From an uncultured virus (IMG/VR IMGVR_UViG_3300014205_004150) (lineage: Duplodnaviria; Heunggongvirae; Uroviricota; Caudoviricetes), in the IMG/VR virus record IMGVR_UViG_3300014205_004150: a DNA stretch of 64,000 nucleotides; one strand, given 5' to 3'. Position 1 is the stretch's first letter; each line of letters starts with the position of its first letter. Below the pieces are notes generated by a model. It made no database searches, was not told the origin of the DNA, and was given only the letters and a program-made list of their open reading frames with translations. The translations under genes were made by a program, and so were the position numbers. Below, in pieces: positions 29,058-39,121 of this stretch.

Positions 29058-30212
29058 ATGAAAAAAACGATATTACTATTACTACTTCTGATTTTAGTGA
29101 TTCCAACTGTAGGGAATTGCACCACACTCCAATCACAAATAAAAGTTGAAAATTTCACAACGATTGATAACAAATCTTGCATTATCGATGTTTCCGATGG
29201 GGTATATACAGTCGCGCAAATACATTTTGGTAAACAACCAGAAGATATCACACCATGGTTACATGATACACGAACGTCATCTGAATATGATATCGGGAAA
29301 ACAAGTTATAACGGACAAATAAAGATAACTCTACAAGAAAAAATATTTGATGATGCAACATTGGTTATTTTTCTTGACAAAAACCGCGAAATTGTTGGTT
29401 ATATTGAATTGATGCGACAATCGCAATCTCATTTGTCGGATATGTTCAATTTCAAACAGAAAAACGGATACACCGTTGTTGGGAGAACTTCATTGTGGAT
29501 TTTGAATAACGCTACTTATTGTCCAACATGGAAACCACTAGAAGTTTATACATATCCAAATCTTACGAATTACTATCCAGAAGAAAAACTTCCTATAGAA
29601 ATCAAGGAGATAATAGCACTAATGCGGTTTTTCTGGAAAGAACCAATGCGAACCGGTCCAGATAATAAAAACTATAGTAATTTATCTGCAGAAGAACAGA
29701 TGGAATATTTGGAATCCGGTGAATGGACAATCCAATGCGGAGAAATAAGAAACATCGTTGCATCATATGCGATACAATCGCCACACATAATCGGTGTGAA
29801 AATTATAAACGCCGATCAATATTACCCACGGTTTAAAGATCTTATTGGGAACGTCCATGGTGTAATGGAAATATATTCTCCATATTATGACAAGTGGATT
29901 CTTGTCGATCCAATGTTTGGAAAACTATTTATGTATGATGGAGAATTTATAAATACACATGATATCGCCACAATGTCAATGGAAGAACGACAAGACATCA
30001 TTCCGATAAAAGTTGCTGAAAATTCAAAAAGTTTAGAAGATTGTTTTAACGGATATTATTTAAACCAAAACTACTATACATACTATAACACGATAAATGT
30101 AAACACAATGATGTATGTAAAAAATGTCAAACACGATGCATTTAATTTTTACATGTTGTATGACAAAGAACTCTCGAATAATGCAATCAAACGAATTGGT
30201 GAAATTTTATGA
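29058..30212 (+). CDS. Secreted transglutaminase-like (Cys-His-Asp) protein
   Basis: Signal peptide; QCGE...HGVMEIY...WILVDP; seven sequons. Confidence 0.7.
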   Translation: MKKTILLLLLLILVIPTVGNCTTLQSQIKVENFTTIDNKSCIIDVSDGVYTVAQIHFGKQPEDITPWLHDTRTSSEYDIGKTSYNGQIKITLQEKIFDDATLVIFLDKNREIVGYIELMRQSQSHLSDMFNFKQKNGYTVVGRTSLWILNNATYCPTWKPLEVYTYPNLTNYYPEEKLPIEIKEIIALMRFFWKEPMRTGPDNKNYSNLSAEEQMEYLESGEWTIQCGEIRNIVASYAIQSPHIIGVKIINADQYYPRFKDLIGNVHGVMEIYSPYYDKWILVDPMFGKLFMYDGEFINTHDIATMSMEERQDIIPIKVAENSKSLEDCFNGYYLNQNYYTYYNTINVNTMMYVKNVKHDAFNFYMLYDKELSNNAIKRIGEIL

Positions 30213-31291
30213 TACCTCTTACACGCCCACATTTTAATGATGATGAATGGTATGAGATTGGAACGGTGTTAAAATCTGGATGGGTTTCAAACGGACCAAA
30301 ATGTACAGATTTCGAACGCGCATCGTGTAATTATTTGGGAACAAGAAATGCGATTACCACATCAAGCTGTACGACAGCATTACACCTTTCTCTTATTGCG
30401 ATGGGTATAAAACCCGGAGATGAAGTTATTGTCTCCGATTTCTCATTTCCAGCAACAGGTTTATCAGTATTGCACGCTGGAGCAACACCTGTGTTCTGCG
30501 ACGTTGATATAAACACGTACAACATCAGGCACGAGAGCATTGAAAAACATATTACAAACAAAACCAAAGCAATAATCCCAGTCCACACATTTGGGAACCC
30601 GTGTAAAATGGATTTAATTCTCGAAATCGCACGCGAAAATGGTCTTTTTGTGATAGAAGATGCAGCGTGCGCATTCGGTTCGAAATATAGAGATAAATGT
30701 GTTGGCACTTTTGGAGATATCGGTTGTTTTTCATTCCATGCCAGAAAAGGGATTACTACCGGAGAAGGTGGAATGGTAGTAACAGAAAATGATGATATTG
30801 CAAAAACTATACGCAAAATTTCTATGTTTGGAGTTGAACCAGCATATAACAGAAAAACTATACCATCGTTCAAAGTTGTTGGTTATAACTACAAGATGAG
30901 CGATATTGCAGCATCTATTGGTATTGCACAATTAAAAAAACTTCCTGAAATAATCGAGAGAAGAAACCAATTATCTAAAATTTATAGAGAACTTCTTAAC
31001 GAAAAAAAAGTTATAAAACCACAAACCACAACTCCATATAGCAACCGCATATATCAGAGTTTCGTTGGTATTACACCAGATAGAGACAGGATGATTACAC
31101 ATTTGAAAAAATCAGGGATAGAATCTGGAATAGGGACATATGCGCAACATTGCAACCCGGTATTCATGTCACCGAAAAAAAATTTAAATTCAGAATCTTT
31201 ATATCGGAAAACGATATCACTTCCACTATATCACGATTTAAAAGAATCTGAAATACATATAATAGTAGAGGAGATACACAAATGTCGCTAA
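30209..31291 (+). CDS. DegT/DnrJ/EryC1/StrS sugar aminotransferase
   Basis: SCTTALH, IEDAA, SFHARKGITTGEGG, GYNYKMSD. Confidence 0.93.
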   Translation: MIPLTRPHFNDDEWYEIGTVLKSGWVSNGPKCTDFERASCNYLGTRNAITTSSCTTALHLSLIAMGIKPGDEVIVSDFSFPATGLSVLHAGATPVFCDVDINTYNIRHESIEKHITNKTKAIIPVHTFGNPCKMDLILEIARENGLFVIEDAACAFGSKYRDKCVGTFGDIGCFSFHARKGITTGEGGMVVTENDDIAKTIRKISMFGVEPAYNRKTIPSFKVVGYNYKMSDIAASIGIAQLKKLPEIIERRNQLSKIYRELLNEKKVIKPQTTTPYSNRIYQSFVGITPDRDRMITHLKKSGIESGIGTYAQHCNPVFMSPKKNLNSESLYRKTISLPLYHDLKESEIHIIVEEIHKCR

Positions 31292-32250
31292 AAAACAAAG
31301 TTGTTGCTGTTACAGGTGGTGCTGGATTTGTAGGAAGCCATCTTGTAGATTCATTGATAAACGAAGAACCCGAAGAAATACTTGTGATAGACAATTATTT
31401 CCTTGGATTAAACTCAAATTTAAAAAACGTTTTAAGCCAATCCAACAGTGTTCGTGTTGCACCACTGAATCTTGCATGCTGGAATGAGGTTGCACATATA
31501 TTCGAAGAAACCACGATAGACATTGTTTTTGATTTGGCAACCGTTCCGCTACCATTCTCGTTAAAATGCCCGGTTGAAGCATATCTGATGAACATAGATA
31601 TGGGAATCACGGTCGCAGAGTTGGCACGCCTCGACCTATTCAAAACACTTGTCCATTTCTCTACCAGCGAGGTTTACGGGACGTGTGTTAAATCTCCAAT
31701 GGACGAATCTCATCCGCTCAACGGGAGAACCACATATGCCGCAAGCAAGGCTGCTGTAGACCAACTATTGCTCTCGTATTACCACACATTTGGAATTGAT
31801 GTGTCAATTATCCGTCCATTCAACATATATGGTCCACGCCAAAACGCTGGTAGTTATGCTGCTGTAATCCCAATAACAATCCACAGGTTGCTCGAAGGGA
31901 AACGCCCGGTTATATGTGGAGACGGGTTACAGACGCGTGATTATACATATGTAACAGACATCACAAACGCCGCTATCAAGTTCTATAACAAGAAAAACAC
32001 ACGCGGAAGATATATCAATGTTGCTTCTGGAAAAGAATTGTCAGTTATCGATCTTGTATTAAAAATATGTAGAATAATGAAACATAAAGACGGACTCGAA
32101 TTCAGACCGGAACGGCTCGGAGATGTTCGAAAACATATCGCAGATATATCATGTGCAAAAGCATGTATCGGCTATAACCCTGAAGTAACGCTCGAAACAG
32201 GGATTGCGAAAACCGTCGAGTGGTATACTAACCCGGAGAATAAGACATGA
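31282..32250 (+). CDS. NAD-dependent sugar epimerase/dehydratase
   Basis: TGGAGFVGSH, STSEVYG, YAASK, FNIYGPRQ. Confidence 0.93.
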   Translation: MSLKNKVVAVTGGAGFVGSHLVDSLINEEPEEILVIDNYFLGLNSNLKNVLSQSNSVRVAPLNLACWNEVAHIFEETTIDIVFDLATVPLPFSLKCPVEAYLMNIDMGITVAELARLDLFKTLVHFSTSEVYGTCVKSPMDESHPLNGRTTYAASKAAVDQLLLSYYHTFGIDVSIIRPFNIYGPRQNAGSYAAVIPITIHRLLEGKRPVICGDGLQTRDYTYVTDITNAAIKFYNKKNTRGRYINVASGKELSVIDLVLKICRIMKHKDGLEFRPERLGDVRKHIADISCAKACIGYNPEVTLETGIAKTVEWYTNPENKT

Positions 32251-32942
32251 CATTTGTTGCAGGCTTTCTTGGAATGAAAGATGGTTATGTTCTGGCAAGA
32301 TGTATGGAAATATGCAAAAATCTTAGAATTAAAACAATTTATTACGAACATCATGAAAACATTCAAGAAGATTTAGACGTGTTATTTGTTTTCAGATATA
32401 GAAAAATAATCCCAAAAGAAGTGTTATATCGACCAGCCCTCGGATGTATAATGACACATTATAGCAAACTTCCGAAATATCGTGGTTTTTATCCAATAAA
32501 CCAAGCTGTGAGAAATGGAGAAACAGAAATCGGGATTACAATGTTTTATGGAGACGATGGTGTTGATACAGGAGACATATTATGCCAGCGTGTGGTTAAG
32601 ATTGAAATAAACGACACAATCGCACAAATATATGAAATGTGCGATGACTGTGCAATTGATATGTTTTGCAACGTCATTTTCCAGATACTTCAAGGAAATG
32701 AACCGAGAACAAAACAACCAACAGTTGACAATATACATATATATTCTTCAAAAGAATTACCCGCAGAAATAAATGGTCTCGATATTGGAAGTTTTTCCGT
32801 GGAGCAATTACACAATTACATACGATCTCTAACCGGTGCTGGTCAAGAAGCTGCATATATCGAAGATGATACCCACAGATTATATTTTGAAAAAACATGG
32901 TTAGTTTGCCGCGCGCAGTCGCAGGGTTGGTTTAAACGATGA
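32247..32942 (+). CDS. Formyltransferase (sugar N-formyltransferase-like)
   Basis: HYSKLPKYRG, DDGVDTGDI. Confidence 0.85.
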   Translation: MTFVAGFLGMKDGYVLARCMEICKNLRIKTIYYEHHENIQEDLDVLFVFRYRKIIPKEVLYRPALGCIMTHYSKLPKYRGFYPINQAVRNGETEIGITMFYGDDGVDTGDILCQRVVKIEINDTIAQIYEMCDDCAIDMFCNVIFQILQGNEPRTKQPTVDNIHIYSSKELPAEINGLDIGSFSVEQLHNYIRSLTGAGQEAAYIEDDTHRLYFEKTWLVCRAQSQGWFKR

Positions 32943-33676
32943 CAATTTTTAAAGATTTTACAGAAGATAATTATCGAAACATTATCAAAACCGTACAGAA
33001 AGAATACAAATTTTATTCCTTTAAGCACGCGAGGATAGAAAATAGATATAAAGAAAAACATGTTCTTTGGCGACACGACATCGACATGTCTCCACATCGG
33101 GCTGCCAGAATTGCACAGATAGAATCTGAAGAAGACATTCGGAGCACATATTTTTTACATTTGCACAGCTCGTTTTATAATTTGTTTGAAGAATCCCCCC
33201 TTGAAAAAATTTATAGTATAATTGATTGTGGGCACGAAATTGGATTGCATTTTGATATAGGGTTTTATCAACAAGTGATGCCAGATTTAAACGCACTTCT
33301 AATGATACAAGAAGAAACGAAATTTATTTTGGACTGGTTGTATATAAACCCAACATCGATATCTTTTCACAACCCGTCGCTACAAAAAACCGATATACCC
33401 AACTCGGATTTTATATGCGGGTTAAAAAACGCTCACTCACTGTTTATCCGTCAAAACTATACGTATTGTTCTGACTCGAATTCAGTTTGGAACCATAACC
33501 CATTGGAAGACGCCATAGAAGACGAACACCCAAGAATACACGTTTTAACACATCCAGAATGGTGGACAGATGTTCCAATGTCTAGACACGAAAAGGTTGA
33601 ACGGTGTATTGTGGGTAGATGCGAAGATCAACGCAGGAGATACAACTTGCTTATGGAGGACGTTTATGGAAAATGA
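32939..33676 (+). CDS. Polysaccharide deacetylase-like (WbmS-like) protein
   Basis: RHDID, STYF, GHEIGLH, SFHNP, SDS, LTHPEWW. Confidence 0.8.
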   Translation: MTIFKDFTEDNYRNIIKTVQKEYKFYSFKHARIENRYKEKHVLWRHDIDMSPHRAARIAQIESEEDIRSTYFLHLHSSFYNLFEESPLEKIYSIIDCGHEIGLHFDIGFYQQVMPDLNALLMIQEETKFILDWLYINPTSISFHNPSLQKTDIPNSDFICGLKNAHSLFIRQNYTYCSDSNSVWNHNPLEDAIEDEHPRIHVLTHPEWWTDVPMSRHEKVERCIVGRCEDQRRRYNLLMEDVYGK

Positions 33677-34181
33677 AACTAAAAACTCGATTTTAAGAAG
33701 ACTAAACAAAAACGACAAAGAAATATTATATAAATGGATTAACAATAGGGAACTTCGCAAATATTCATCTTCATATCAACAAATATCATGGGATGAACAT
33801 TGTACATGGTTCGACAATATACAAAAAGATAAAACAACTGAAATTTTCGGTGTTAAAAGAAATCCAGAAAACAACGATTTGGTTGGGACATGCCAATTGA
33901 CAAATATACAACAAAACCATAAACGCGCAGAGTTGTTAATTCGTGTATGGGAACCCGAACTTGGATATGGAACAACTGCTATCAAAGAACTCGTTGATTA
34001 TGCTTTTTTTTGTCTTCAACTACATAAAATTTATTTGCATGTATTTGCATGGAATGCCCGCGCAATACATGTATACGAAAAATGTGGATTTAAAAAAGAG
34101 GGTTTTTTGAAGGACGATGTTATAGTCGATGGAAAATACACCGACCAATATATAATGGCAAAAATAAACAATTTGGATTAA
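33666..34181 (+). CDS. GNAT (RimJ-like) acetyltransferase
   Basis: GYGT, LHKIYLHV, NARAIHVYEKCGF; start MENETK after GGAGG. Confidence 0.85.
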   Translation: MENETKNSILRRLNKNDKEILYKWINNRELRKYSSSYQQISWDEHCTWFDNIQKDKTTEIFGVKRNPENNDLVGTCQLTNIQQNHKRAELLIRVWEPELGYGTTAIKELVDYAFFCLQLHKIYLHVFAWNARAIHVYEKCGFKKEGFLKDDVIVDGKYTDQYIMAKINNLD

Positions 34182-34186
34182 ATTGT

Positions 34187-34843
34187 ATGACAACCATTGC
34201 AATACACCAACCAAATTTCTTTCCATGGATTGGATATTTCGAAAAGATTGCAAACTGTGATTATTTTGTGTTTCTCGATGATGTACAATACTCAAAAGGA
34301 ACGATGTTAAATCGTGCATACATCAATGATAAAAACACATCCAACCTGTTACGTTTAACATGCCCGGTTTCATATAAACACCCTGCAAAAATAAATACTG
34401 TCATAATATCAGAAACAAAAAATTGGAAGGATAAAACAATTAAAACGATATTATATAATTATCCAAGAAAAGAACTTTTGTCAGATTCAATTTCAATGTT
34501 GATTCGTCGAAAAACATCACTATTGTCTACATATAACATACAAAACATTGCCGAAATATGTTCCCACCTTGGAATAAAACCAAAAAAAGGATTTATCATT
34601 CAATCGGAATTGGGAGAATTTCAAAATTCTAAAACAGATATGCTTGTTGATATTATCAGATGTCTCAATGGAGATGTCTATTATTCTGGAACCGGAGCAA
34701 AATCATATATGTTTGACCAACACATGGAAAACTGCGGAATATCAGTAAAATTCCAAGACAACAAAAACTTCCCGGCGTATTCAATTATAGAATTGTTAAT
34801 GACAATGGATATCAATGATATTAAAAAAAGGTGGTTATCATAA
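34187..34843 (+). CDS. WbqC-like protein
   Basis: IHQPNFFPWIGYF, DDVQY, YYSGTGAKSY, SIIELL. Confidence 0.88.
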   Translation: MTTIAIHQPNFFPWIGYFEKIANCDYFVFLDDVQYSKGTMLNRAYINDKNTSNLLRLTCPVSYKHPAKINTVIISETKNWKDKTIKTILYNYPRKELLSDSISMLIRRKTSLLSTYNIQNIAEICSHLGIKPKKGFIIQSELGEFQNSKTDMLVDIIRCLNGDVYYSGTGAKSYMFDQHMENCGISVKFQDNKNFPAYSIIELLMTMDINDIKKRWLS

Positions 34844-35925
34844 ACGTTCTTCACTATGGGTTGATTCTGTCTCAGCCATATGACATCACGCGTGGGCTTC
34901 GGGACATCGGAATAAACGCAGATTATGCATTGTGGGATGATTATGGAGAAAATTGGCTTATCAAAGGATGGGACGAAAACCTCAACATGGATAAAATAAA
35001 ACACCCGTTTAAATTGTTTAAAACCAAAACACAAATGGCAAAATTTATTTCGAAAGTTTCTATAAAATATGACATAATACATTTTCATTCAAGACCAACA
35101 ATGTGTTATGAAAATCACTTGCTTTCTACGTATTCTGATACAAAATTTTTAAAGAAACTTGGTAAAAAATTGTTTGTGTCATTTTGGGGGTGCGACATCC
35201 GAAACTGGAAAAATGATATCAAATATAAGTGGAGTCCCTGCAATCGATGTCAACCAAGCAGAAAATTATACTGTTCTATAGCAAACTACAAAACAATTAC
35301 TGCAGCGAGAAAATATTGTAACGCCATGTTTTCGAGTGGAGACTTGAAAATTGAATATCCAGAAATGATATGGGGAAATCTTGCAATAGACACAAAAGAT
35401 ATCTCACCGGATATAAAACACAACATTCCAGAAAAATATGTTATACCACGAGATTCAGATGAAATATTGATTTACCATGCATTTGGAAACTCTGGAAAAC
35501 GACCGGATGTAAAGGGAAGTGGATACATTGAAAAAGCCATGGCAAATCTTATACAAAAAGGTTATAACATAAAATATATGTTTGTTGATAATGTTCCAAT
35601 ACAGGATATTAAATACATTCAGGTTCAAGCAGACATTGTTATAGACCAACTATGCGCCGGATGGTATGGTACAAACGCGGTTGAATGTATGGCACTTGGG
35701 AAACCTGTTATATCATACCTGCGAGACGACATTTTAAAAATATGCCCAAACGAAAACTTGCCAGTAATTAACGCAAATCCTGATACAATAGAACAAACAA
35801 TTGCAAACACGATTGACAACAAATCATATTTAAATAACACAGGAGAAATCAGCAGAAGATATACAACAAAATATCACGACCGCACAGAAGTTGCAAAAGA
35901 ATTTTTAAAATATTACAATTTATAA
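34831..35925 (+). CDS. GT4-like glycosyltransferase
   Basis: GCDIR, KGS, ADIVIDQ, ECMALGKPV. Confidence 0.85.
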   Translation: MVIINVLHYGLILSQPYDITRGLRDIGINADYALWDDYGENWLIKGWDENLNMDKIKHPFKLFKTKTQMAKFISKVSIKYDIIHFHSRPTMCYENHLLSTYSDTKFLKKLGKKLFVSFWGCDIRNWKNDIKYKWSPCNRCQPSRKLYCSIANYKTITAARKYCNAMFSSGDLKIEYPEMIWGNLAIDTKDISPDIKHNIPEKYVIPRDSDEILIYHAFGNSGKRPDVKGSGYIEKAMANLIQKGYNIKYMFVDNVPIQDIKYIQVQADIVIDQLCAGWYGTNAVECMALGKPVISYLRDDILKICPNENLPVINANPDTIEQTIANTIDNKSYLNNTGEISRRYTTKYHDRTEVAKEFLKYYNL

Positions 35926-36049
35926 CACTCTTCCAACTTTATTAGTGAAGAGTTTTAACACGGGGGTTCCACCACATTCCTCAACGATATAAATACACCA
36001 TCTCACACATCAATATATTTAAGTATATACACATATATATCATATCTAT

Positions 36050-36385
36050 ATGGAAACCAAAATACCCTTTAAATATATCGAACAATTCTTAAACGAAAGA
36101 AACGAATTTAAGAAAATTATAACAAATTGTAAAGATTTTACAGACCCACGTGCAATCATATATATAAAATTTATGATTAGTTCCGTCCCAAACAACGAGA
36201 TACGTAAAAACATACGCGACAAGTTTGATAATTCTCTTCGCGAGATAGATGCAAAAAACCTATCAATCGAAGATACAGCAAAAGAAAAGTTAGACTTATG
36301 CATGGATATACTCAATGATATCACGGAATTCCATACAAACATATGGGGATATCACATACGACAAAGTGTTGGACAGATTAAATAA
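36050..36385 (+). CDS. Hypothetical protein
   Basis: 111 aa with leaderless TATA. Confidence 0.6.
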   Translation: METKIPFKYIEQFLNERNEFKKIITNCKDFTDPRAIIYIKFMISSVPNNEIRKNIRDKFDNSLREIDAKNLSIEDTAKEKLDLCMDILNDITEFHTNIWGYHIRQSVGQIK

Positions 36386-36388
36386 CTT

Positions 36389-37582
36389 TTAAAACCCATA
36401 ATATCGTGTCAATGTATGAAAAATTTGAGATTGCCCCCACCGGATATATGGAACATCAACACCATTTTTGGGCAGTTGTCTTGTTTTGAAATATGGTTTC
36501 CCGGGGTTTGAATATGAATAAAAGACATTACGCATCAAATCATGAACCATATCATGGTATTCTGGAAATATCTTTGAAACATCCATAAACATATTTATAG
36601 ATTCTGCAATATCTATAATTTCATATTCCTCAATATAATTTTTAGTTTCATGAATGCTAAATTTTGTTACCCCGCGCCCATCAATAAAATTCTCTGAAAA
36701 ATATTTAACACCTTTGCGAATAGATTCTTTTAATTCACTAGTTTTAAACACATCGTAACATGTCATCAAATTTTGTATAATGTAACACTGGTGCAGAGAA
36801 TCGATTACCTCTTCCCTACCCTTTTCCTGACTTCCCCAGTAATTCCAATACCCCGCATCGTTTTGCTCATCCAAGACATACTGTATCAACTCTTCGGCAA
36901 AATCCAGTTCTTCTGAAATAAGACACAGTGTGGCTGCAGCATATGAATTTACGTTAACAACATAAAAATTATCCAACGGAGAATAACTCAATGAAACCGA
37001 TGGCGAAGATACATTGAAATACCGGCGCTTAAGTTCTTTCATAAATAAACAAGACGCATACTTATATATCTTATGCAAATCTGGTCGATACCCCGAATCT
37101 CCAACCAGTTTCATGGCACGCACAGGATACAGCGAAAGTGTAGAAAATGGTGTTCCTACCGGCGCGAAAACACCACTTCCTTTTCCATCATCACCCATGC
37201 ACCAATCAAATGGAAGCCCCCACGAATACCCGCAATAACCCTCACAGTTTTTATTTATCAACCAATCTATTTCTCGGTTTACACTCGGCAAGTATACTTC
37301 ATAGTTTGTATTGAGATTTATCATATTCATTAATCCTTCTGAAAACAGCGCAGAAGAAATTACAGACTTTTGTTTTTTAACAGTAAGTCTTCCGATAGAT
37401 GGAAAATACGTATCAAGTCCATATGCCAACACCTTATATAAGCGCATATTTGGTTTTTTCGGAACCGGTAAAAACTTACTGAAAACAAAATCACAGGGGT
37501 CATAACTATACAAATCGTTTTTAGAAAACCACCCAATATAATCATCTATCTTATCAACTATAATATTAAATCCAATTTCCAT
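36389..37582 (-). CDS. Alpha/alpha-barrel protein of polysaccharide gene clusters
   Basis: YDPCD, WGLPFDW, SYSP, QNDAGYWNY, IDSLH, YIRWGQ. Confidence 0.6.
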   Translation of the reverse strand: MEIGFNIIVDKIDDYIGWFSKNDLYSYDPCDFVFSKFLPVPKKPNMRLYKVLAYGLDTYFPSIGRLTVKKQKSVISSALFSEGLMNMINLNTNYEVYLPSVNREIDWLINKNCEGYCGYSWGLPFDWCMGDDGKGSGVFAPVGTPFSTLSLYPVRAMKLVGDSGYRPDLHKIYKYASCLFMKELKRRYFNVSSPSVSLSYSPLDNFYVVNVNSYAAATLCLISEELDFAEELIQYVLDEQNDAGYWNYWGSQEKGREEVIDSLHQCYIIQNLMTCYDVFKTSELKESIRKGVKYFSENFIDGRGVTKFSIHETKNYIEEYEIIDIAESINMFMDVSKIFPEYHDMVHDLMRNVFYSYSNPGKPYFKTRQLPKNGVDVPYIRWGQSQIFHTLTRYYGF

Positions 37583-37625
37583 TCTATCACAACCTATTTG
37601 TGAGTACAAATATAAAAATGTACCG

Positions 37626-38309
37626 TTATGATTCCCCGCGATACATCTTTATAACATCTTCAGTATAACCGAATGATAGCATCTCTCCGCCCGAAATGTA
37701 AATTGCCTTATCACACAACTTTTTAACAGTTTCCATGTCGTGCGATACAAACAATATTGTTTTCCCGCTTCGTTTTATATCATTTATCTTATCAACGCAT
37801 TTTTTCTGGAAATCATAATCCCCAACACTTAAAACTTCGTCAATCAGAAGAATATCAGAATCTATGTGCGATGAAACCGAAAACGCCAACCGGGTCATCA
37901 TACCACTTGAATAATATTTTATAGGCATGTCGATATATTCTGATAATTCCGAAAATTCTATAACCGGTTCATAAATTTTGTCAACACTCCTGCGTGGAAC
38001 CCCAAGTATTATAGAGCTTAACTTTATATTTTCTCGTCCTGTAAGTTCTGGATGAAACCCAGCACCAAGCTCTAACATCGAGCCAATTCTCCCACAAACG
38101 CGCACTCGCCCGCGCGTTGGCGCAACAACGCGCGCGATTATCTTTAAAATTGTACTCTTACCAGAGCCATTATCTCCAACAATCGCAACACTCGTGTTCT
38201 GTTCAATATCGAATGATATATCTTTCAACGCCCAAAACGATGTCGAACCACCGATGCCAAAAAAAGTGTATTCTTTCCACACGTTGGCAGCAACTATTGG
38301 CTTTTTCAT
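37626..38309 (-). CDS. wzt: Polysaccharide ABC exporter ATPase (Wzt/TagH type)
   Basis: GDNGSGKST, LGAGFHPELTGREN, YSSGM, LLIDEVLSVGD, VSH. Confidence 0.93.
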   Translation of the reverse strand: MKKPIVAANVWKEYTFFGIGGSTSFWALKDISFDIEQNTSVAIVGDNGSGKSTILKIIARVVAPTRGRVRVCGRIGSMLELGAGFHPELTGRENIKLSSIILGVPRRSVDKIYEPVIEFSELSEYIDMPIKYYSSGMMTRLAFSVSSHIDSDILLIDEVLSVGDYDFQKKCVDKINDIKRSGKTILFVSHDMETVKKLCDKAIYISGGEMLSFGYTEDVIKMYRGES

Positions 38310-39121
38310 ACAACATCCACCAGCCTAGTCTCGACAAATTTAAAATATGTCAACGAAATCAAAAACCCTATACCCAATACCACAAAGGAAAACAACTTTG
38401 ATAACTCTGGAAATTGAGAACCTATTACAATCCATCGCATAGTATCTATGATAAATACCATGGGGTTAAGGTTATAAATAATGCTGTATGGGTGTGGTAT
38501 AACACTGCTCATATAAACCACAGGAGAGGCATATAACCACAATTGCATTATATGCGACATAATATATCCGAAATCCCTGTATTGTGTATTCAATGCACTA
38601 ACAATCATGCCAACAGTTGTCGATAAAAATAAGACAGATACTATTACAACTGGAATTAATAAAACACGAAGTGTTGGGTAAAAACCAAAAAATATCATTA
38701 AACATAACAAAAAACCAAACATTATGCAGAAGTCTATAAGCGGAGAAATAACCGTTGACAACGGCATTATTATTTTAGGGTAATATACTTTTTTCATAAT
38801 GCTCGCATTGCTTATGATGCTTGTTACAGATCTCCCAACACCCTCAGAAAACAAAACATACGGAACATACGCTGTGAAAAAAAACAACGAATATGGAACG
38901 CCACCTGATGGAACTTTGATGATAACACCAAAAAAAAGTGTATATATTAACATTGCTACCATAGGATTGAATATAACCCACACCAAGCCTATTTTCGTTT
39001 GTTTGTATCTAACTTTAACATCCCGCCATATTAAAAAAAATAAAAGTTCGCGGTATTGCAGTATTTCCTTTAAAGAAAATTTTGGGAACCCACTACGCGG
39101 TTCAATTGTTACACACTTCAT
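38306..39121 (-). CDS. wzm: Polysaccharide ABC exporter permease (Wzm/TagG type)
   Basis: RDVKVRYKQT..G, KVYYP, YRD, SPVVY, LNP. Confidence 0.93.
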   Translation of the reverse strand: MKCVTIEPRSGFPKFSLKEILQYRELLFFLIWRDVKVRYKQTKIGLVWVIFNPMVAMLIYTLFFGVIIKVPSGGVPYSLFFFTAYVPYVLFSEGVGRSVTSIISNASIMKKVYYPKIIMPLSTVISPLIDFCIMFGFLLCLMIFFGFYPTLRVLLIPVVIVSVLFLSTTVGMIVSALNTQYRDFGYIMSHIMQLWLYASPVVYMSSVIPHPYSIIYNLNPMVFIIDTMRWIVIGSQFPELSKLFSFVVLGIGFLISLTYFKFVETRLVDVV

